A DNA stretch of 34,730 nt from an archaeon (GTDB taxonomy: Archaea > Nanobdellota > Nanobdellia > Pacearchaeales > GW2011-AR1): NCBI GenBank assembly GCA_030699005.1, contig JAUYLQ010000034.1:1-34730 (forward strand). Reading direction: 5' to 3'. How positions within the stretch are numbered: the stretch's first letter is position 1; each line of letters opens with the position of its first letter. Positions 16,431 through 24,202 of this stretch are shown here, piece by piece. Below the pieces are notes generated by a model. That model was not told where the DNA came from. It ran no database searches and worked only from the letters and a program-made list of their open reading frames with translations. The position numbers and the translations under genes were made by a program.

Positions 16431-17474
16431 ATGCTTGAAAAAAAAGAAATAGAGGAAATAAGAGAACACCTCGAGAGAGCTCAAAGCCCCCTTTTTTATT
16501 TTGATAATGATCAGGATGGGCTTTCAAGCTTTCTTATTTTGAGAAGGTTTTATAATAAAGGAAACGGGGTTCCTGTAAAAACTTCTCCTCTAGGAAAAGA
16601 ATATTTAAGAAGGATTGATGAATTTAATCCTGATTATGTATTTATTCTTGACCAGCCAAGAGTTTCCGCGGAATTTTTTGAGTCTTTGAAAGAAAGGAAC
16701 CTTCCTGTTGTCTGTATTGACCATCATGAAATTGAAAAAGAAATCATCCCAGAAGAAGTCAACTATTACAATCCAATTTTTAGTTCAGGAAAAAATGAAC
16801 CCGTTACAAAGTTGTGTTATGAAATTGCAAAAAGAAAAGAAGATTTATGGATTTTAATTGTAGGATGTATCTCTGACAAGTTTTTCCCGGAAGAGTATGC
16901 GGATTTTTCAAAGAGTTACCCCGATTTATCGATTGACTCAAAAGATCCATTCAAAATATTTTATGAATCTGGAATTGGAAAAATCTCAAGAATTACTGGG
17001 ATGGGCTTAAAAGATAAAACAAGCCTTGTTTTCAAACTAATAAGATTTTTAATAAATGTAAAAACTCCTTATGAAATTCTGGAAGAAACTTCTGAAAACT
17101 CTGGTTTGCACAAAAGATTTATGGTTATTGATTCAAAATTAAAAAAATTGGTTCAAAAGGCTAAAGCAGAATCTTCTAATAGAAAACTTCTCTTTTTTAA
17201 GTATTCAGGAGAGATTAGCCTGAGCGCCGATTTGTCTAACAGGATAAGTTATGAACTCCCTGATAAATTGGTTGTTGTTGCTTTTTTGAAGGGTTCAAGA
17301 GTTAATCTTTCAGTAAGGGGAAAGGATGCCAAGAATTTTGTTCAAGAAGCAATTCGGGGAATAGACCTTGCAACTTTTGGAGGGCACCAGGATGCTCTTG
17401 GAGTTCAGATGGATGAAAATCAGCTTGAAATTTTCGAAAAAAATTTGAATTCCCTTTTGAATCAAAAGTCTTAA
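16431..17474 (+). CDS. DHH/DHHA1 family phosphoesterase (RecJ/NrnA-like), paralogue 1
   Basis: 347 aa. Motif I FYFDNDQDGLSS, motif II VFILDQP, motif III VVCIDHHE, DHHA1 motif FGGHQDALGVQM. Confidence 0.8.
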   Translation: MLEKKEIEEIREHLERAQSPLFYFDNDQDGLSSFLILRRFYNKGNGVPVKTSPLGKEYLRRIDEFNPDYVFILDQPRVSAEFFESLKERNLPVVCIDHHEIEKEIIPEEVNYYNPIFSSGKNEPVTKLCYEIAKRKEDLWILIVGCISDKFFPEEYADFSKSYPDLSIDSKDPFKIFYESGIGKISRITGMGLKDKTSLVFKLIRFLINVKTPYEILEETSENSGLHKRFMVIDSKLKKLVQKAKAESSNRKLLFFKYSGEISLSADLSNRISYELPDKLVVVAFLKGSRVNLSVRGKDAKNFVQEAIRGIDLATFGGHQDALGVQMDENQLEIFEKNLNSLLNQKS

Positions 17475-17648
17475 AAAGTTTTATTTCTATAATTCTTCAT
17501 GGGTAAAAGATTTAGTTCCTATTGTTGGATTTTTAAGTCAGTTATTACCCTCTTAAATTAACCTGGTTTAATTCAACTCATTTTATGATTAAATCAAGGG
17601 AATAGTTCTTGAATAATCTGAAGCGGGATTGATTAAATCAATTCACTC

Positions 17649-17759
17649 ATGAAAAAAGAAAACGAAAAAAAAGATGTTGAGAAAGAATTGGGCTTTCTGT
17701 ACGAGAAAACTTTGAGCCTTGAAGATGAAGTTAATTCATTTGCGAAGATAGAGGATTAA
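17649..17759 (+). CDS. Possible 36-aa small ORF (MKKENEKKDVEKELGFLYEKTLSLEDEVNSFAKIED)
   Basis: The only ATG-initiated ORF in an unusually long (about 290 nt) convergent intergenic gap. No SD or clear promoter seen. Confidence 0.2.
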   Translation: MKKENEKKDVEKELGFLYEKTLSLEDEVNSFAKIED

Positions 17760-17766
17760 TTTCAAT

Positions 17767-19224
17767 TTAGTAACTTCTTCCAATATAAACTACTTTTTTA
17801 GCGGGTTTGTTGCAGAAGGGGCAATTTCCGCTTCCCTTTTCGTTTGAATTTGCAAGAGTTCCCCTAACTTCTGCCCCAAACTTTTTTTCAACGAGGTGTG
17901 CGCAATTGAGGCCATCATTATCTGTTGAGCAAAAGTTAACTTTTGCAACTTTTCCTTCATCTAGAATTTTTTTTATCTCTTTTTCTGTTTTTCCCAGGGA
18001 TATTTTTCCTTTGAATACTTTATCTGCTTTTTCAACAAGTCTTCTGTCGAATTCCAGCCCAAGTTTTGGAATGTTTTTCAGGTCCCCGTCCTTTATTTTT
18101 AATTTTTCTTTTGTGTCTCTCGTAAAAAGAGTTAATTCTTTTTTTTCGAGTTCTTTTTCTCCAAACTCTATTCTGAATGGGACTCCTTTTAATTCCCACA
18201 TATGGTACTTTTCTCCCGGTCTTTTTTCTGTGTCCTCGTCAAGTTCGGTCCTTATCCCCATTTTTTTCAGTTTTGAGTATATTTCTTTTGCTTTTTCTAG
18301 AACTTTTTCCTTATTTTTTACTGTAAATATGGGCACAATTACAACCTGTGTTGGAGTAATTGAGTACGGAAGAACCAATCCCGAGTCATCACCATGCGTC
18401 GATATGACCGAAACCAAAATTCTGGAAACCGCAGGACCATATGCAGTCGTCCATAAAAATTCTTTTTTTCCGTCTTCATTTTCAAAATCTGCTCCGAAGG
18501 CTTTTGAAAACTTTTGACCCATTAAGTGTGTTGAAGGCTGCTGGATTAATTTACCGTCCGGCATAAAGCAGTCTGAACCAACAGTATATTCGGCCCCGGC
18601 AAACTTATCCCATTCAGGTCTTTTCATCGGAAGAAATGGAATTCCAAATGTTTGGTGCATTATTTTCTCAGTTACAGCTATATCTTCCTGAACTTGTTTT
18701 TCCGCATCCTCTTTTGATTTAAATGCGTCATGGCATTCTATCCATATGAACTCCCTTGCTCTTATCAGAGGTCGTGTTGCTTTTGTATCTAATCTAAAAA
18801 CATTTGCTCTTTGGTATAACTTTAATGGAAGATCTCTCCAGCTTCTTATCCAAAGTTTGAACATGGGGGTGTAGACTGTTTCAGAGGTTGGTCTTAGTGC
18901 AAGTTCTTGCCCTTCATTTATGTCTTTTAACCAAAAAACCTGAGGAGTAAACCCTTCAATATGCTCGCTTTCTTTAGTAAGATTTTCTTTTGGGATTACA
19001 GTTGGCATGAATGTAGGCTTGTGCCCGTTTTTCTGGAGTTCTTTTTCCAAGTGCATAAACATGTTTTCCATTGTAAGCGCTCCCCACGGCCTCATTATCA
19101 CAAATCCTTTTATTCCTAATCTTGAATCTAGAATTTCAGCTTTTTCGGTAACTTGAGTGAACCATTCAGAGAAATTTTCATTCTTTTTTACAGTCAATCC
19201 TTCCTGAGATTTTTTTCCTTCCAT
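17767..19224 (-). CDS. proS: Prolyl-tRNA synthetase, archaeal/eukaryotic type
   Basis: 485 aa. Class II motifs (LRPTSET, FRLDTKATRPLIRAREFIWIECH, GADFENEDGK..LWTTAYG). C-terminal Zn-binding domain ending ...GNCPFCNKPAKKVVYIGRSY, with the terminal Tyr characteristic of the archaeal type. Confidence 0.93.
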   Translation of the reverse strand: MEGKKSQEGLTVKKNENFSEWFTQVTEKAEILDSRLGIKGFVIMRPWGALTMENMFMHLEKELQKNGHKPTFMPTVIPKENLTKESEHIEGFTPQVFWLKDINEGQELALRPTSETVYTPMFKLWIRSWRDLPLKLYQRANVFRLDTKATRPLIRAREFIWIECHDAFKSKEDAEKQVQEDIAVTEKIMHQTFGIPFLPMKRPEWDKFAGAEYTVGSDCFMPDGKLIQQPSTHLMGQKFSKAFGADFENEDGKKEFLWTTAYGPAVSRILVSVISTHGDDSGLVLPYSITPTQVVIVPIFTVKNKEKVLEKAKEIYSKLKKMGIRTELDEDTEKRPGEKYHMWELKGVPFRIEFGEKELEKKELTLFTRDTKEKLKIKDGDLKNIPKLGLEFDRRLVEKADKVFKGKISLGKTEKEIKKILDEGKVAKVNFCSTDNDGLNCAHLVEKKFGAEVRGTLANSNEKGSGNCPFCNKPAKKVVYIGRSY

Positions 19225-19262
19225 TTTATTTAAAAGTTTTACCGGTTTAAATTAATTTAGTA

Positions 19263-20144
19263 TTAAATTATTGTCATATTTAAAATCTGCTCGCCTATCG
19301 CATTTACTCCAAGACGAATTTTATCAGCTTCAAGTGCAAATCCAATTCCTTCAGAGTTTGCAAGCTTGAAATTATTCATTCCGATTGCTTTTCCATTTTG
19401 GTTTATAAGGGGTCCACCCGAGTTCCCCGGATTTAATTGTGCGTTAGTTTGAACGTATGAACCTTCTGTTCCAAAGCCTGTTCTTCCGACTGCGGAGACA
19501 ATCCCGTCTGTTGCAGAGAAACTTAATCCTTCAGGAGTTCCTATTGCAACTACTTTTTCTCCAATTTTTACATTGCTAGAATCTTCCATAATAAGGTGTC
19601 CGTATCCTGAAGTTGTTTTTATAACTGCAAGGTCTAAATTTTGAATATATCCTACAAGGGTTCCGGAGTTTGCCTTGTTATCACTTGTTATAATCTGAAT
19701 GACATCCGAAACTTCTCCATTTGAATTCTGAATTACATGGAGGTTCGTTACAACATAGCCTTCACCATTCACAAAAAACCCAGACCCTTGGGAAGAAAAA
19801 GTTCTTACTATAACAATTGAACTCAAAACTTCGCGGATTATCCCTGAGAAATCCGTACCCGCTTGATCCTGAAGCCTCACTAACTGCTCATTTGTAGAAG
19901 TGATATTTGCATTAAGGGAGCTTATTTCTTCATTTAAAGAGCTCTTTGTGATTATGACCTCTGATGCTATTTCATTTATTTTATTATCTGTTGAAGTTGA
20001 TAATTCTGAAATTTGTGCTTTTAAGGCAGCGTTTTCAATGTTTTGCTTAACAACTATCCCATTAAGAAGAATCCCAATTACAACAAGAGAAACTATAACA
20101 AGTGTTGAAAAACTCCCAAGAATTATCTTATGGTGCCTCTTCAT
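19263..20144 (-). CDS. Membrane-anchored trypsin-like (S1C/HtrA-family) serine protease without PDZ domain
   Basis: First ATG at 20144; the ORF-track start at 20156 is TTG. TM anchor IILGSFSTLVIVSLVVIGILL, coiled-coil stretch, catalytic GSGFFVNGEGYVVTNLHVI (His), DLAVIK (Asp), NPGNSGGPLIN (Ser). Confidence 0.85.
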   Translation of the reverse strand: MKRHHKIILGSFSTLVIVSLVVIGILLNGIVVKQNIENAALKAQISELSTSTDNKINEIASEVIITKSSLNEEISSLNANITSTNEQLVRLQDQAGTDFSGIIREVLSSIVIVRTFSSQGSGFFVNGEGYVVTNLHVIQNSNGEVSDVIQIITSDNKANSGTLVGYIQNLDLAVIKTTSGYGHLIMEDSSNVKIGEKVVAIGTPEGLSFSATDGIVSAVGRTGFGTEGSYVQTNAQLNPGNSGGPLINQNGKAIGMNNFKLANSEGIGFALEADKIRLGVNAIGEQILNMTII

Positions 20145-20163
20145 TATATTAATCAAATCTCAA

Positions 20164-20175
20164 ATTATTTAAATC
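20164..20175 (+). promoter_or_regulatory. TATA-box-like element upstream of tRNA-Arg
   Basis: ATTATTTAAATC is centred about 27 nt upstream of the tRNA 5' end, which is typical archaeal TATA spacing. Confidence 0.5.
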
Positions 20176-20196
20176 TAACTTGATACGTTTTCTTAT

Positions 20197-20268
20197 GGGC
20201 GCATAGTTCAACGGATAGAATTTCGGGTTTCGGCCCCGAAGATCTAGGTTCGATTCCTAGTGCGCTCA
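20197..20268 (+). tRNA. tRNA-Arg (anticodon UCG), no intron, CCA not encoded
   Basis: Hand-folded cloverleaf. Acceptor GGGCGCA/TGCGCTC. D arm GTTC-AACGGATA-GAAT. Anticodon arm TCGGG-TTTCGGC-CCCGA (anticodon TCG). 4-nt variable loop AGAT. T arm CTAGG-TTCGATT-CCTAG. Discriminator A. Confidence 0.9.
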
Positions 20269-20376
20269 TAATGTGGAAATGTAAAAATCAATAAAATTTT
20301 TTTAGAATATTGTACCTTTACCGAGGAGTATTAATAAATAAAAAATTATATAAATTGAATTTTCCTCTAGTAGAAC

Positions 20377-22569
20377 ATGAATGGAAAGAGGGGTTTGTCA
20401 AGTGTCCTGACTGTTTTAATTATAATACTTTTAGTCCTTGCTGCCATCGGGATACTTTGGGTTCCTTTGAAGGGTTTATTTGAGTCTGGTTCAAATTCAA
20501 TAACTGTTTCTGACTTTGCAGTTGATATGGTTATAAAGGGAGTATCTGTGAATGAAACAAACCTTTCATCTAATATTTTGATAAGGAAAAATCCTGGGTT
20601 TGCAGGTGAAGTGAATATTACTGCGATACAATTTGTTTTTGAAGATGAAATAAACTCCCAAAGTTTTAAAATTGAAGTTCCAGGGGGACTGCCGACAATT
20701 GCTGAAAAGGCCTTTTCATTTGACCTCTCAGGAGGAGTTCTTAATGTTAGCAGGTTAACAAGAGTTTCAATTATTCCAATTTACTTTAATGATAACGGAA
20801 AAGAGGTTATCTCTTCAATTGCTTCCTCATCTTATAACATAAATGGAGGGAGTGGGAGGGCAGTCAATAATGGTTCGGCAACAATGCATGTTCTTTCCAT
20901 TTCAATTACCTCTCCCTCAAATGGAGCAAATTTTAATTCCGGTTTAAGTGTTCCGATACAAACTTCAGTAATTGATTCGGAATCTAACATAACAAAGGTT
21001 GAATTTTTTGCAAACGGAGTTTCAATTAATAACGACACAACTTCTCCTTATTCATACACTTGGAACAGCCCCCCTCCCGGAACTTATCAATTAAGAACGA
21101 CAGTAACAAGTAATGGAGACCAGTCACAGAGTCCCATTGTAGCAATAACTGTCTTAAGTCTGGGGAACAATCCTCCGGCAGTTTCAATTACTTCACCAAG
21201 TAATGGAGCAACATTTAACGCAGGTTCGACAGTTAACATTAGTGCAACAGCAACGGACTCTGATGGAACAGTAACCAAAGTTGAATTTTTAAGAAACGGA
21301 GTTTCAATTAATAACGACACAACTTCTCCATATTCATATTCTTGGACAAATGTACAGGCTGGAAGTTATAATTTGACTGCAAAGGCAACTGACAACGGTG
21401 GAATCGTTACTACTTCGGGCGTTGTCGGAATAATTGTTATAAGCGGAACTTCTTCAGTTTGCGGAAATGGAATAATAGAATCAGGAGAAGTATGTGATGA
21501 CAGTAACCTTGTTGGAGGAGATGGCTGCTCAGCAATATGTCAGGTTGAGGTCGGTTGGAATTGTTCAGGTCAACCAAGTGCTTGCACCCCTCAAAATTGG
21601 TTTAGCCCTGCCTGGAACTTTAGGACCAAATTAACAATTAGTCCGGTTTCTTCAAATCTAAATAATTTTCCTATTTATCTGGATTTGTCTGACTTTTCTT
21701 CACAATTTCATAATGGAGTGAATTCTGGTGGTGTTGACATAAGAATAACTAAAGGAGATGGGATAACAGAACTCCCCCGTGAAATTGTTTCTTACAATTC
21801 AGCAACAGATAGTGGGGAAGTTTGGTTTAAGGGAAACCTTTCAAGTACAAAAAATAATGAATTTTATGTTTATTATGGAAATGCAGGAGCAAGTGATTAT
21901 GCAGTCACAGCGACGTATGGAAGAAATGCAGTGTGGACTAGTTACAGGGGAGTATTTCATTTCAACGAACTATCTGGCGGAACGGGAGCGATAAAGGACG
22001 CGACGGGTCAAGGAAATGACGCGACGGATACAGGGAGTCCCACATTTGCTCAAATCGGCAAGCTTGGAAAGGCCATATTTCTTGATGGTGCTAATGACAG
22101 GGTACGCATAGGTAATAAAAACCTCGCCGTCTCAGCATTCACCGTGAGCGTATGGATGAACATACAGCAAAACGCAACCACCAACTACCCCTTTCTTTCG
22201 GTCGGTAGTTCAAATCGGTTATATTTACGTCCAGGAGATGAATATCTTACTATAGATAATTTAACTAAGCAAGGGATATCTACTGCATCTAATTATAATA
22301 CGTGGGCATATATAACAGTAACACGCGATGGAACATCTGCTACTTATTACAGAAATGGTGTGAACGTCACTACGTGGACAGTGGGAGCAAATAATGTAAA
22401 TTATTCACTTGCATATATCGGTGGCGATGGTAGTTATTGGGCAAGGGGTCACCTAGACGAGGAAAGAATCTCAGACCAAAAACGCTCTATAGAATGGATT
22501 TCAACCGAATACAGCAACCAGAATTCACCATCAACTTTTTATTCATTTGGACTTGACGAAGCCAGATAA
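20377..22569 (+). CDS. Large surface protein: class III (type IV pilin-like) signal peptide, 2 Ig-like repeats, Cys-rich repeat, DUF2341, LamG/ConA-like domain
   Basis: 730 aa. N-terminus MNGKRG/LSSVLTVLIIILLVLAAIGILW fits the archaeal prepilin motif [KR][GA][L..][S..] followed by a hydrophobic helix. Two 94-aa repeats (ITSPSNGA.FN.G....KVEF..NGVSINNDTTSPYSY.W). CGNGIIESGEVCDDSNLVGGDGCSAICQVEVGWNC. WNFRTKLTI...FPIYLDL...VDIRITKGDG...EVWFKG...FYVYYGNAGA (DUF2341 pattern). VFHFNELSG...GNDATDTG...GKAIFLDGANDRVRI...FTVSVWMN (LamG pattern). Confidence 0.85.
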   Translation: MNGKRGLSSVLTVLIIILLVLAAIGILWVPLKGLFESGSNSITVSDFAVDMVIKGVSVNETNLSSNILIRKNPGFAGEVNITAIQFVFEDEINSQSFKIEVPGGLPTIAEKAFSFDLSGGVLNVSRLTRVSIIPIYFNDNGKEVISSIASSSYNINGGSGRAVNNGSATMHVLSISITSPSNGANFNSGLSVPIQTSVIDSESNITKVEFFANGVSINNDTTSPYSYTWNSPPPGTYQLRTTVTSNGDQSQSPIVAITVLSLGNNPPAVSITSPSNGATFNAGSTVNISATATDSDGTVTKVEFLRNGVSINNDTTSPYSYSWTNVQAGSYNLTAKATDNGGIVTTSGVVGIIVISGTSSVCGNGIIESGEVCDDSNLVGGDGCSAICQVEVGWNCSGQPSACTPQNWFSPAWNFRTKLTISPVSSNLNNFPIYLDLSDFSSQFHNGVNSGGVDIRITKGDGITELPREIVSYNSATDSGEVWFKGNLSSTKNNEFYVYYGNAGASDYAVTATYGRNAVWTSYRGVFHFNELSGGTGAIKDATGQGNDATDTGSPTFAQIGKLGKAIFLDGANDRVRIGNKNLAVSAFTVSVWMNIQQNATTNYPFLSVGSSNRLYLRPGDEYLTIDNLTKQGISTASNYNTWAYITVTRDGTSATYYRNGVNVTTWTVGANNVNYSLAYIGGDGSYWARGHLDEERISDQKRSIEWISTEYSNQNSPSTFYSFGLDEAR
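20900..21463 (+). repeat. Intragenic tandem duplication, 2 x 282 nt (94-aa Ig-like units)
   Basis: Unit starts TTTCAATTAC at 20900 and 21182. A 35-nt core AACGGAGTTTCAATTAATAACGACACAACTTCTCC is identical at 21013-21047 and 21295-21329. Confidence 0.9.
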
Positions 22570-22624
22570 AATTTATAACCGTTCTAACCAACATCTTTTT
22601 AACTTTTGATTAATTTATTCTTCT

Positions 22625-23899
22625 ATGGAAATAGATAAGAACTTTGGGAATTATGTGGAAGTCGAAACCGGAAAAAAAATTTATGAGGGAACTTTACTTC
22701 CAAGTCCAGAAACTGGAGCGTTCTTGTTAAAGCTAGAGAATGGATACAACATCGGCTTTAATAAAAAAGACATTTTAAAATTGAAGGTTATCCGAAAAGG
22801 AAAGGATGAGAAAAAAGAATTTAATCCTCCATTTTCAGAAGACAAAAAAAATATTGCTGTGATTATTACGGGGGGAACTATTGCTGCGAGACTAAATCCG
22901 GAGAAGGGCGGGGTTGACTGGTTAACTACTCCAGATGTGATGTTTAGGTTTTATCCAGAACTATTTGATAAAGTAAATGTGAAAAAAATAGAGGTTCCAT
23001 TTATGAAAGCTTCTGAAGACATGGATTACAAAGATTGGCAGGAAATTGCAAAAGTTGCAGTTCGTCTTTTGAATGATTCCGAGATAGAAGGAATTATAAT
23101 TACTCATGGAACAGATTTTTTGCATTATACTTCCGCAGCTTTATCCTTTTTTATTAAAAATCTGAATAAGCCAGTTGTCTTAACTTACTCTCAAAGAAGT
23201 ATTGATAGAGGAAGTAGTGATGCAAACCTTAATCTTCAGTGTTCTTCAATTGCTGCAATTTCTGATATTGCGGAGGTTATGCTCATTGGTCATGCGACAG
23301 AAAATGATGATTTTTGTTATGCAATGCCCGGAGCAAAAGTTAGAAAAATGCATTCTTCAAGAAGGGATGCTTTTAAAGTTGTCAATTCTGAGCCTTTTGC
23401 AAAAATTTCTCAGAATAAAATAGAGGGTATTTCAAAGTATAAGATTAGAAATAAAGGCAAGGTCGTTGCCGATTCAAAGTTTGAAGAAAAAGTCGCCCTT
23501 GTTAAAGTTTATCCGGGACAAGATCCGGATATACTTGACTATTATTTAAAGAAAGGATACAAGGGAATTGTTCTTGAATTTTCGGGTCTTGGGCATGCTC
23601 CGACTCTAAGAGCAAGAAAAAGCTGGATAAAAAAATTAAAGGAAGTTCAGGAAAAAGGTTTAATTGTTTGTGCGTCAGCACAGACTATTTACGGAAGACT
23701 TAATCCCCTTGTTTATTCAAATGGGAGAGAACTTTTGGAAACAGGGATAATTTATCTTGAAGATATGCTCTCCGAAACTGCTTATGTCAAGCTTGGATGG
23801 GTTCTTGGGCATAAAGAGTGGGCAGTTTCAAAAGAAAAAATAAAAGAAAAAATGCTCGAAAATGTTGCAGGAGAATTCAATAATAGGCTTGTCGAATAA
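22625..23899 (+). CDS. gatD: Glutamyl-tRNA(Gln) amidotransferase subunit D (asparaginase-like)
   Basis: 424 aa. N-terminal beta domain, then the asparaginase fold VIITGGTIAARL, IITHGTDFLHYTSAALSF and LEFSGLGHAP. Confidence 0.9.
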   Translation: MEIDKNFGNYVEVETGKKIYEGTLLPSPETGAFLLKLENGYNIGFNKKDILKLKVIRKGKDEKKEFNPPFSEDKKNIAVIITGGTIAARLNPEKGGVDWLTTPDVMFRFYPELFDKVNVKKIEVPFMKASEDMDYKDWQEIAKVAVRLLNDSEIEGIIITHGTDFLHYTSAALSFFIKNLNKPVVLTYSQRSIDRGSSDANLNLQCSSIAAISDIAEVMLIGHATENDDFCYAMPGAKVRKMHSSRRDAFKVVNSEPFAKISQNKIEGISKYKIRNKGKVVADSKFEEKVALVKVYPGQDPDILDYYLKKGYKGIVLEFSGLGHAPTLRARKSWIKKLKEVQEKGLIVCASAQTIYGRLNPLVYSNGRELLETGIIYLEDMLSETAYVKLGWVLGHKEWAVSKEKIKEKMLENVAGEFNNRLVE

Positions 23900-24148
23900 T
23901 CAAGAATACATTTCTTTGTAGCTTTTTTTATAATCTTCTGCTGCTGCTTTGTCAATTATTTTGTAGTAGTTAATTAATTTATTAAATTGTTTTTCAAGAA
24001 AGGGATTCATAAGATAATCAAGCATTCTTTCGATTTCACTTTTGTCTAAAGGCTTGCTTTTTATAAAACTCTTAATTTCTTTATCAACTCTTGGGATTAA
24101 AGATTTTATATCTTTTATTATTTCTTCTATATTTCTTAAATTGACCAT
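23900..24148 (-). CDS. Hypothetical small helical protein
   Basis: 82-aa ORF with ATG start that exactly fills the gatD-gatE spacer on the opposite strand. Its stop abuts the gatD stop. No motif recognised. Confidence 0.45.
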   Translation of the reverse strand: MVNLRNIEEIIKDIKSLIPRVDKEIKSFIKSKPLDKSEIERMLDYLMNPFLEKQFNKLINYYKIIDKAAAEDYKKSYKEMYS

Positions 24149-24202
24149 TATGGATATTTTTAAGACCGCCAGATTAATAAAGAATTCCTTTCTTTTTATT
24201 AA

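Noticed and set aside
17585-17655. C/D-box sRNA-like arrangement (ATGATTA ... CTGA ... TTGATTA ... CATGA)
   Set aside because: The boxes lack the canonical UGAUGA/CUGA GA pairs needed for k-turns. The first spacer is about 26 nt rather than about 12 nt.
17807-18517. 236-aa + strand ORF inside proS
   Set aside because: The minus strand encodes an unmistakable full-length ProRS. The + frame is low-complexity S/F/P-rich antisense sequence.
21900-22569. Diversity-generating retroelement variable repeat at the C-terminus of the LamG surface protein
   Set aside because: No reverse transcriptase, no template-repeat copy and no accessory gene are present in the window. The anomaly is compositional rather than adenine-specific mismatching against a second copy. 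It cannot be excluded if a TR/RT lies elsewhere.
20197-22624. Integrated element at tRNA-Arg carrying the surface-protein gene
   Set aside because: I found no direct repeat of the tRNA 3' end (GGTTCGATTCCTAGTGCGCTCA) downstream of the gene and no integrase. Only the tRNA adjacency and the 3' compositional shift remain, and these are reported separately.
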